A DNA stretch of 64,000 nt from Owenia fusiformis (Eukaryota), in contig CAIIXF020000001.1 in assembly GCA_903813345.2 (NCBI GenBank), positions 12,462,001 to 12,526,000 of the forward strand, written 5' to 3'. The notes under the pieces are model-generated. The model searched no databases, was not told the DNA's origin, and saw nothing but the letters and a program-made list of their open reading frames with translations. Of this stretch, positions 13,401 through 23,569 are shown in pieces. Each line of letters starts with the position of its first letter. Position 1 is the first letter of the stretch. The translations under genes and the position numbers were made by a program.

Positions 13401-16400
13401 TGTATTTTTGAGGTATTTCCTTTGATTTTACTTCATTCATTTCCCATTCTAACTCTTGATTTATATTTGTTGAATCTGAAAAATTCACAATATATCATAA
13501 CTATACTCTTTTATTTCATGGAAGTAGTAGTGAAACATATATTATGTAGTTGTTGGTATATATCTAATGATCAGTCAATCACATTATATTGTATTGTATA
13601 TTGTATATTGCATTGTATGTTATTGTAATTGTATGTATAGTTTTATTTTTATTTTATCATGTTTATTTGCTGTACACTCACCCGAAAGGGATTTTTAGTA
13701 CAAAAAAGCATTGAATAATAAAATATTAAACATCATTCGTTTTAGTGATCCAGGGGAAGTTGCAGGCAAAACCTGGCCTCGGTTTTCAGAGGACAATCCC
13801 ACATATCTTGACTTAACAACACCTATATCAAATATAACACAGATCACAAACCTGCTACCAAGAAAGATGTCATTATGGCTTGATTTTGTTTGGCCCATGC
13901 TAGATCAACCAAATGACTGTAAAATTCAACCCACTGGTGAGTTAAAAAGAAATCTATGTGAGATTACAGTATAACTTTTAATTTCCATTAACAAATCATG
14001 TTATAGTCTTATTATACATTTGTTTAAGACAAAGTTGCTAATTCAAGGATTATCTATAACTTGTAGAAATTAAGGAGAAGTTATGTATAATTTGTAGTAG
14101 TTAAGAAGAATTGTGTATTCGCAGTTGAGACAATATTCTATCATTTACCTAAATGATTTTTGAACAGTATAATCTACAATCAATACAGCATCTCAAAATT
14201 GTTCACCAAACCCTCTAACACTCTTTAAATGATTATGAGGAAGCCCCTCACGCCCCACCATATCGATAGATTACTAAACGACCATTAAAATAGAAATAAA
14301 ATAGAAAAAAATATGTCCAGTATCATTTTATTTCCATGGTTTCCAGGCAACCCAGTGACGAGACAACCCAGCTCAGCCAGTACTGTGAGACCACTGGCAA
14401 CAACCCTGATAATGGTGACACTCTCACTCCCAATGATACTGTAGAAGTTATGAGAACAATGAAAGACTTAATATCTGATGACATTTTTGATTCTATGCAT
14501 ATTTTCTGTCTGAAAGAACATGAAGTTTCCTAAATTGAATTAACCTGGCTTTTAAAAGTTTCTTAAAAGACTTCAAGCTTAAAACCCATTAAAACTATGT
14601 TAAAAATGTTTTAAAGTTGATTTACTTCCTGGCAATTGAATTAACATTAATTCAATTGAAAAACCACCTATTGAAAAACCATCTATTCAAACATCTATAT
14701 AGCAAAGCAGATGAGTCAAGTGCAATGCATATTAAATCAACATTAGCATGTTAAAACTAACTAGCAGACTAAAATACAAATCTCCCCTTTAATTCTTAAC
14801 ACTGAACTGGGTATTGTTTGCATCAGCGTTAAGATTTTTATATCAATTACATAATAAATATTAATTTCCTGATGGATATTCATATCTAGAGTATTGAAAG
14901 TGAATGTACAGTATTGAAAGTGAAATTGTACTTAGACTAGAGCCTAAATGCATGTTTGAGAAGTCAATGTTTGAACAATCAATTGGGTTTATGAGGCTTC
15001 TAAATTATATTTGCCAAGATATAAGGAAATCCACTGTGTTTATATATCAGGAAATCTGGATTTTATTTCTATACTTAAACCATCATAAGCTTATTTGAAT
15101 AAGAAAGCTGATTACATGTATACTATGTTAAACTGCTCTGCTAAATGCACACAGTTGCAAAGAACTTCACATGGCTTTCTCTAAAACAACCTCGTTGATT
15201 TTAGTATTATCTGCAATATCTATAGCCATCGCTTGTATGATAGGATTAAGAATGCTTGTGTTTTACTATAATGACAGTTCTTACATTATGGAAATAGATC
15301 CCAAAAAATGGAAACAATGATTTGCTTAAAACAGACTACCTCTAGGAATGTATATGGGGCAATCAAGGATATCAGCCTATACATCTAGGATATAAGTGGA
15401 ACAATTAAGGATATAAGTGGAGCAATTAAGGATATAAGTGGAATAACCAAGGATAAAAGAGGAACAATGAACGATATAAGTGGAACAATAAAGAATATAA
15501 GTGGAACATTAACAAATCTGTTTTCCCATTTCATAACAGGAGAAACAACAGAATTAATTTCTGCAACATAAAAGATGGTGTGCATTCAAACAGGATTTAA
15601 CAGTATGTGCAGGAACTGGAGATTACGAGGCATAAAACACATAGATGCCTTCAATGTAGGAAATACTGGACTCAAAGATATCTTTGGCTGACAGAAGAGT
15701 TTGACATAAAGGATTCGAAAATACACAAAGTGATTCTTATGCCACACATTAGTTTTTGCCTCATACTGTATGTGTTTCACGAGCTTAACTGATAACTTAC
15801 ATTTTTGACTGAGATAGACAGAAGTTTTTAAAGGATGGGTAGATATTATATAGCAATGTTGCTCTATGAGCTCTTCATTCACCACCTCTTAAGATTTGTA
15901 AGACAGATATTACCTGTGTACATATGGGGACAGGAAAAGGGGTCTTGTCACAGATTTTTTCAATATCTTGATTTTTTGTTTATCTCAAAGAGCACAAAGA
16001 GACCTATCATATGAGTCATGGCTTTGCTTATGTCTTAACGATTTTTCCTTGCAGATATAGTCCAAAAAGACGGATTTGAATTTAGCACATTCTCCTGTAG
16101 CACAATTTAGAGGCTCATATAGTGAATATATGATGAACAATACTTAGCAATTTGTCACTCTTTTTGTAAGCAACAACTTTATTTAACCATAACATGATGA
16201 AAAAATAAAACAGATTATAACATAAAAATATATTACCTGTAAAAATGATGAAGGGTCAGTTTCCTTGAGCACTTCCTTGGCATAGTGTGCCAGACTCTCA
16301 CTGTGAACCTTCTGTCTCTGGTACTCCTCTATTATATTTTCAATCCCACGTGTCTTGCTGTTCTCTTCATATTGTAGATCGCTCAGGAAGAAACTACGCT

Positions 16401-19400
16401 TAACTTCAATTTCTGCGATCAAGGCATCACACTGCTGTTGAATACGTTGACGGGATTGTTGTACTTTCTCCTTAAATAGAAAGTGAATAATCATTTAGTT
16501 AAAACATCATTTTGATTTAATATGAGGCCATGTTTACAAAAATGTACTTGACACCCTTACTCCCTCAAAATTGAATTGAATAATAATCTTTTTTCAATGT
16601 AAGCTAACACAATATAATGGACTTTTACCCTCTACTCACAAATGTAATTATTCACGTTTGTAAGGATACATTGTCCATATCTGAATTCTAAACATCTACC
16701 TTTACCTGAGGAAGAATAAGTTTAGTAAAGCTTGACATAGTTTTTATCACATATTCACCTGATTTGGGCAGAATTGGTTAATTTGTATTTGTACATATAT
16801 CATAAACCATATATAGTAAATAGTGAACACCTATGGAGCCCAAAAAAGTAGTAAGAGTTCACTACAGGAGACAAGGTAAACTTCATCTTCAAGTTATGTT
16901 CACTTAACACAGGTGTTCACTATAGAGAGGTGTTCACTATGACAGGTTGTACTGTATATGAATGATAAATTGTGGCAATTTTAAGCCTACTCTTAATCTT
17001 AGGAATTTTTTCTTGGAACGATACCGAACCTTGGCATTAACGTGAACTTCATGAACTAAACTAGTCCAATTTCTAGATTATAAACCTACTCGGAGTTCCT
17101 TGAGTTCAGTTCTGTGTCCTTTAATGATTTCATTCAACTGCCCATGACTGGATTCCAACTTCTGAAGGCTGTTATCTAGGACACCCTAAAACATTAAAAT
17201 AATAACCTATATTACATCATATTATTACAATTTTTACTATATTGTAGCCTTTATGGAGATTGTTTTGCAGATTGAAAAGGAATTCATTCACTCAAGGAGG
17301 GCCAGAAAATGTGTTTAATAATGCATGGATTCTTTGATATGCAGCAGCCAGTTACACAATTGTTTCCTAAGTTACCAAAGTAAACGTTATATCTTCAGCA
17401 GTATTTTTTCATTTTATTTATTTAATCACTACAATTGTCTAATATTAATTAATAGTTTTAAATAAGAAAGATTAAACAGACAATAGGAGAGTGGATGCAA
17501 AAATTAAAAATAGACTTTACTCTTATTTATAGGTAGGTAGGGATTGATAGGTATATTCAGGACACAAAAGTTTCCATATCCTGTAATATGATTGCAAGGG
17601 TATCTGAACTGCTGTTCATAGCATCTGGCTACTTCCCAACATCAATCTACATCAATGTTACCATGGTAACAGATGCAACTCTATATCTCAACAACATATA
17701 ACAGCTGATTGCTGCATTCAGAAATGGGTTGTTAGGCCATCTGCAAACTTAAATTGCATGTTTATTAAATAACCCGCCTCTACTAAAATAAGTTCACATT
17801 TGGCATCAGTTTCTTTCCTTGACTAATACATGTTTTGTTTGATACACAGAACACAATTATAACATTTTCCCCCTTATCTATTTCAAAATTCATGTAAAAG
17901 GAACACCATGTGTTAGTTATAGAAATAAACTTTGAATCTGACATAACCCATCTATTTTTTACAGCCAACTTAATCCCCTCCCCCCCCTAGTACTTAACAT
18001 GGATCAGCAGTTAAATTGATAAAACAATAAAAGGGCTCAGTTTCTGTTCACAAACATGAATCAATCACGTAGGTACTTGAACAAAATGAAAATTAGTTAC
18101 AAAGTTGTAGATGGACAAATGGATTCGTTATCACGTAACACGTATTAGTAGTTCACCAGATACTTGAAATTAATTGAGTTTTATAATACATATGAACTGC
18201 AGATAGACAAACAGGTTACTTATCAAGTAAATTGCATTTTGAAGTTATCTTGAACTTGATTTGGGTTCAATTCTGATCTGGTAGTGCAAATGACAAATCA
18301 CTATTGCTCAGCTTTGCAACTAGTAGACTAGTGAAGAAATAAAACCAGAAAGCATGAACACATTTGTTTAGTTATCAAAATGAACTGGCATTCATGGCCG
18401 TACATATGCTATAAAATCAATAAAACAGGAAAATATGTGCTGTGAGGGGATAAAAAGCTGAGGGGATAAAAGCTTATAAACCATTCAGAACTGGTCACAA
18501 CTTGCTCCATCCTTCTTTTCTATAGACATAAAGCTAGTTTAAAAAGTAGAAAGTAAAATAGAAAAAGCATTACTTTTTGAATTGGAATAATTCATTTCTC
18601 ATATCATTTACATTTTTACAAAAAGAATTGTATCAAAGTCTATAAATGGTGCACATTACAGGCTCTTATGATTTTTGTGTGAATTGTACATGTATTTATT
18701 TAGAAAAGTATGCCAATGTTTTATTTATAATTCAAATTATAAGATTATGATAATAAATAAAATAAAAATTAATCATATAATTTTTGATAAAATGTAAAAA
18801 AAATAAATATCAAGTGAAACACCTTTGGTACCTCTAAAAATGTTCCACTTGGGAGGCACTGGCCGATCCAGGGGGGATTTTTATATGGGCTCAAAATTTG
18901 GGCCATTTTAGGCATTTTTTGGATCAAATTTTCAAGATTTGGGCCGAGTTTTTGATTTTAGGGCATCCTTGGCCCAAAAGTAATTCATTGCATTACATGA
19001 TCTTAGACTAGTTGTTACAAATTGTCACAAAAGGGTAACATTTAAGTGTTGTTCAGATACTGAATGCTGGTCACATCTTGGTAGACACAGGTACTTAACA
19101 ATAATAATTTTCAAAAATCATTTCAAACTGTTCTCTTTTGATCTTAATTTTATTTTCTGAAAAAGAGTTGAGCTATTCGATCAAATACAGAAGTTACTAA
19201 AGATGAATAAATGCAGGTATCCCCCTTTCCAATTATTTTAGACTGACAATCTTAAAACTTCAAGAATAACTTTGTAGTAAAGTCAGAACTCTTTGACTTT
19301 TTTAGAAAGAAGACATGGCATAGGATGATTTATCACAATATATATTGGGAAATTGTCACAATTTTTCGAAGAAGCTCTAAACTCATCTCCATCACTTCTT

Positions 19401-20082
19401 ATCCAAAACCCCTTAGCTAAATGATGCATAGCTCAAAATCTTTGCTAGATATCACTGAAAACATTGAATCAAGTGGTAGACAACTTTTATTCCTTACCCT
19501 GATCATAGCATAGGCTTGCTCCACAGGGGTGACAGGGTGTCCTGCGTGTGTGCTGTCTTGTATGCATGTGTTACAGCCAAGTGTCTTACAACCCTGGCAA
19601 TAAACAGTAGCTGCTTCACTATGTACCATGCATAGTGTTGTCTTTGCCTGAAGCTGTTTTACTGGCTCATTTAGTATATGATTACTGAATGGTTCACGAT
19701 TAGGATGAGATAGTTCCAGGCAATGGTGACAATATGATGCATTACAATCAACACATATTTTCTTTGCTTTTCGTTCGTTTCCTGATTTACACAGCTGACA
19801 CAAGGGGGAGCCATCTTCATCTGATTCGGTTGAGTCACTATCTTCAGTCTCCGCTCTGTATCTATCAATTATGTTCTCAATTGTGATGACTCTCGGGAGA
19901 CTTGCAATACCACCACTGACGTATGATGTATCCCTACATACTGGACACTTGATGAAGCTGTGTTCAAACATGCGCTCACCACACGGTGCCTTACATAGCA
20001 CGTGTGAGCATGGTAAGATAACTGGATGAGTATATAGTTCTAAACATATTGGGCATTGGAGTTCTGTGAGCAACCCCTCCAT
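1478..20082 (-). CDS. TRIM family E3 ligase (RING, B-box1, B-box2, coiled coil, COS, FN3); 3' end continues beyond the left edge
   Basis: Phase-consistent exons 20082-19498 (CPICLELYTHPVILPCSHVLC RING, two B-boxes), 17185-17090 (96 nt), 16470-16237 (234 nt), 11316-11172, 2237-2089 and 1685-1478 (FN3: LIVNNLESDTLYYFCVMASNGAG), all GT-AG. The 96+234-nt coiled-coil exon pair is typical of TRIM genes. Confidence 0.9.
3824..6681 (+). CDS. Glycine N-acyltransferase-like GNAT protein, copy 1 (280 aa), nested antisense in TRIM intron 4
   Basis: Exons 3824-3901, 4321-4440, 4760-4877, 5780-5885, 6261-6681, GT-AG and in phase; VDKWPD motif, VNSTW.FGG, and GNAT motif A (MLHV..SKRRLGYG). Confidence 0.85.
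4079..4257. mobile_element. pogo/Tigger-like MITE
   Basis: TA|CAGTTAAACCTGT...ATAGGTTTAACTA ends, related to 1218-1397. Confidence 0.5.
4915..5108. mobile_element. pogo/Tigger-like MITE
   Basis: TA|CAGTGAAACCTGT...AGAGGTTTTGCTG with AAGTGGAACAC repeats; internal segment is the reverse complement of part of the 1218-1397 copy. Confidence 0.6.
5147..5521 (+). mobile_element. Hairpin-headed non-autonomous element C (Crypton-like architecture)
   Basis: Palindrome 5151-5265; internal TTATAACATACCTATGATGATGTA (5270-5293) is inverted at 5498-5521 with one mismatch. Confidence 0.6.
7799..10008 (+). CDS. Glycine N-acyltransferase-like GNAT protein, copy 2 (289 aa), nested antisense in TRIM intron 4
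   Basis: Exons 7799-7876, 8215-8334, 8682-8799, 9277-9388, 9567-10008; same intron phases as copy 1; VDKWPDF and RRLGYG motifs. Confidence 0.85.
11791..14444 (+). CDS. Type-B carboxylesterase/cholinesterase-family enzyme (604 aa), secreted and probably GPI-anchored, nested antisense in TRIM intron 3
   Basis: Exons 11791-13316, 13746-13936, 14347-14444. Signal peptide MRLDILALLLCISDA; SEDCLVLN, HGGG, GESAG (Ser), NSHEG (Glu), ASHADD (His); C-terminus PSSASTVRPLATTLIMVTLSLPMIL*. Confidence 0.9.
13583..13637. repeat. (TATTG)n-like microsatellite
   Basis: Degenerate TATTG/TATAT repeats in carboxylesterase intron 1. Confidence 0.6.
15388..15512. repeat. 21-bp minisatellite (GGATATAAGTGGAACAATTAA), about 6 copies
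   Basis: Tandem repeat read directly; it explains the spurious IVPLISL-repeat ORF 15385-15585. Confidence 0.8.
16814..16954. mobile_element. Degenerate pogo/Tigger-like MITE
   Basis: GTGTTCACTATAGAGAGG repeats and ACAGGTTGTACTG|TA right end. Confidence 0.45.
17657..17670. promoter_or_regulatory. Perfect palindromic RFX X-box (GTTACCATGGTAAC) in TRIM intron 1
   Basis: Exact match to the GTTRCCATGGYAAC consensus; function not shown. Confidence 0.4.
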
Positions 20083-20597
20083 TGTAGTAATTTAATAATC
20101 CTTGCACAAAGCCCTAACACAATGCAATCCAAAGTAGCAAATAATGAAATATGTCTTGTGTGTTAGTTCACTCACTGCTGTAGATAATCATTCATGTGCT
20201 CAGTTAGCTAATTTTTAAAATTATTTCCAATTTATTTCAGATAAAGGAATCATGAGAAAACTTCCATTATTAATCGATGTTCAATTTGTTAATATATACC
20301 AAGATAACTGCGCAGCACGTTAATGATCAGAAGTTTCCTGTTACAAGGATCTTGGCAATTTTCCCTGTAGAGGTTGGCCTTGTGATTTTAGTGTTTTTGT
20401 TTTGGAAAACACACAGAGCTACTGGTTGTTTTAGTAATCTTTTTTGAAAATTACCCATTAGCATTTGCATTCATCTAGGCAGAACTAATAATAAATAGCA
20501 TGCAGTAATATATTTTCATATTATGTTCCAGAAAATATAAAGGACAGAAGAAATTGTAGTCATTTAACTGAAATACGAAACTAATTTTTGACTTTTA

Positions 20598-20626
20598 AAA
20601 ATGGCGGCGTCCATGAACACTTCCTG
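20598..20626 (+). promoter_or_regulatory. YY1-like (AAAATGGCGGC) plus ETS-like (CACTTCCTG) motifs in the TRIM/SLC25A35 divergent intergenic region
   Basis: Motif matches between two divergently oriented start codons (20082 minus, 21429 plus). Confidence 0.4.
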
Positions 20627-20722
20627 TTTAGAAATATTAAAATTTTTAAAATGAATATACACCTTTTCCAGATCATTTATAACTAAAAAGCTACAGAATT
20701 TATGTTAAAACAATTCGCCTTT

Positions 20723-21345
20723 AGCACATAGATCCCGGCCAGATTCTTTTGTAAGCCTAGTAGGATCAGTAGCTCAATAAATATTCCTCAAGATGAGACA
20801 CCTCAGAAAATTTCAAATTTTAAAAATTATGACGATTATAGAGCCATTTCTGAAAAATATGAGACAAATCATACCTCATTCGAAGCATCTTGTTATTCTT
20901 TAACTTTTTTATTACCAATGACCGTTATTCAAGCAATGCTGCGTTGATAAGAGACCAAAACAGTGATATTTTATCGCCGGACTCTTGTCTGTGCAAATCT
21001 GAATGGTGCTCCCGTGGTTCCAGAAATGTGACGTCATCAGTACAATGATATTTGGACACACAAGAGTCCGGATCTCGTGAAAAATATTCGCCGTATTAAA
21101 AGTCAAATAACTACATCTATAGGTTATTTACTCGAACCAAACAAGTAGAAATAGAAAGATGAAGATCTCAGCTATAAAATGAGTGCAAAATCTGTCATGG
21201 GGAAGCAGGTACCATTTTGTATAAGGAACATTTTTGAAAGGTGGTCATATTTTTTTGAAATTTTCCAATTTAGTGTCGTATCTTGTGGATTATTCTTTGA
21301 GCCTATGAGATCCTACTACAAAACGATCTGGCCAATATCTGTGCT
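20723..21345. mobile_element. Degenerate TIR MITE (Kolobok/TTAA-like ends) upstream of SLC25A35
   Basis: Imperfect inverted ends of about 90 bp (AGCACATAGATCCCGGCCAGATT...TAGTAGGATC vs GATCCTACTA...GATCTGGCCAATATCTGTGCT); central TGACGTCA at 21029-21036. Confidence 0.55.
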
Positions 21346-21428
21346 TTAGCACAAGGTCATTTAGGACGGTAAAAGAGAAAGGAATACCCCTTGCAATCAC
21401 AGGAACCTGTAGTTACTGTGCTTGAAAA

Positions 21429-23369
21429 ATGGAATTCGTTCTTGGAGGAGTTGCAGCATGTGGAGCTGGTGTATTTACAAACCCTTTGGAAGTGGTCAAA
21501 ACTCGAATGCAATTACAAGGGGAATTAAAAGCGAGGGGCCAATATGCAAAACATTATAGAAATGTGTTTCATGCATTTTTCGCAATAGCTAAAAATGATG
21601 GAATACTAGCATTACAAAAAGGATTAGTTCCGGCACTGTGGTATCAGTTGTTTATGAATGGTTGGCGCCTGGGTGCATATCAGTGCTTTGATAATTTTGG
21701 TTTTACAAAGGATAAATCTGGGACTGTGAGCATTCCAAAAAGTATTGTAGCTGGTGCAACTGCTGGGGGGATTGGTGCTGTTGTAGGCAGCCCAGTGTAT
21801 ATGGTAAATATTCAATGTGTCCTATAATGTATATGTCAACAGATGATAAAACTAAACTACAGTTTGAATAAAGAGGTTATTTCAGATTGTTTCCTTTCTG
21901 AAAACACAGACCATGGGCTTTGAATGCCCATGCACAGGCCAAACTTTTGTTTATCACAGGTTCAGTACAAGGTGCTATTGTACAGTTGTATAAACTTTTG
22001 TAAATTTCAAGAATTTCACTGATGTTAATTATGTAATTTTTCATGTTAAGGTTCAGCTGGAAAGTAACATTTTGGTAAAAAATTGCCATACCTGCACATG
22101 TTATTTTCTGGTACAAAATTAAGTATGAAGTCATTTGTGTATCTCCTTGCTTTTTTCAGGAAAGTATCATTACACTGTTTACTTTTAGAATATCTAGAAA
22201 CAGGTCAATGGAAGCTTCTGTGTTGTCTGGAAACTTTGAAAGAAAATTTGGAAAAATAGAAAGTGTGAAATATCAGAATTTCCTGGAGTTCCCATTGAAC
22301 CCCTACCAGATACTCTAAAAGAAGACAATGTAATGATACTTTCCTGAAAAAAGCAAGGAAATTGACACATGCCTTCATACTTTATTTTGTACCAGAAAAT
22401 AACATGTGCAGGTATAGCAATTTTTTACCAAAATGTTACTTTACAGCTGTACCTTAAGATTCACACTTTGTTCCATGAATGAAGTATTAATCTTTTTCTC
22501 ACTATTAATCCAGCTATAAGATCATTGTGTATTTTGCATGTTTACTTTCCATCATGAAATGTATCAAGAAATGTACAAGATGCATTTCACATTTCCAGAT
22601 AAAAACTCACCTGCAATCCAGGGCATCCCAGCAAATTGCAGTAGGACATCAGCATGATTATTCGAGTATGTCCAAGGGCATCATGGTCATATATAGACAG
22701 CAAGGTGTCAAAGGCCTTTGGAGGGGAGTGTCAGGTGCAGTACCCAGGGTTATGGTTGGCTCAGCAGTCCAACTAACAACTTTCTCAAGAACAAAACAGC
22801 TGGTGGCAGATACTAAAGTAAGCATACCATGTACATTATTTTAATCAATTCCCTTATATTCATTTGATTAAATGGAAAATCCCTTGGCATTTCAAATGTT
22901 ACAGAAGTAACTATGACTTTTAATCAAGTTTATTTCTGGTTTGGTAACTATTGTTGACATGTACAAATAGTTCCTAAATTCATTCCACACATTTTACTTT
23001 AAGACTTACTTGTTTATTTTTAAGTTGGTGTCTGAGGACAGCTGGTTAGTACCTTTCACTGCTAGTATGATGAGTGGAGTCTTTGTGGTGGCCTGTATGA
23101 CACCCTTTGACGTTGTCTCAACTCGGCTTTACAATCAAGGAACTGATGCTCGTGGCAAGGGACTTACTTACAAAGGATTCTTTGATTGTTTTGTGAAAGT
23201 GTTCATGAAGGAAGGTATATGGGGATTCTATAAAGGATGGGCAGCATCTTTATTTAGACTCGGGCCACACACTGTATTAAGTTTATCTATATGGACTGAG
23301 ACACGGAAAAACTATAAGAAACTCAGTGAGCACACACACTTTCCAGAAGTGTTAAAACTGAAGAAGTAA
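21429..23369 (+). CDS. SLC25A35: Mitochondrial carrier SLC25A35/SLC25A34-like (yeast Oac1-like), 312 aa
   Basis: Exons 21429-21803, 22599-22817, 23025-23369; three carrier repeats ([37 protein letters not shown]), [12 protein letters not shown] and [10 protein letters not shown]. Confidence 0.9.
22050..22453. mobile_element. TTAA-target MITE (Kolobok-like) with TIRs of about 130 bp in SLC25A35 intron 1
   Basis: TTAA|GGTTCAGCTGGAAAGTAACATTTTGGTAAAA...TTTTACCAAAATGTTACTTTACAGCTGTACC|TTAA; TSD at 22046-49 and 22454-57. Confidence 0.8.
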
Positions 23370-23569
23370 TACAGTAGACACCTCAGTACTCATTCTACCT
23401 TTTCTAAATGAACATTTTTACAGCTCAGGGTTCAAAACTCCCAGCTGCCAACTGCCAATGGTAATCGCTATTCACATTTCACACTTGCAGTGATCTCCCC
23501 AGTATTTTTTATCAGGGGGGTGCAAAATTCTCATTTTCACAATTTACAATGGTCAAATTTTTCCTGATT

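Noticed and set aside
14336-14533. ORF-track 65-aa ORF as the carboxylesterase C-terminus
   Set aside because: Wrong frame; the phase-1 splice gives the frame ending at 14444.
15385-15585. ORF with IVPLISL heptad repeats
   Set aside because: It is a 21-bp minisatellite with no splice context.
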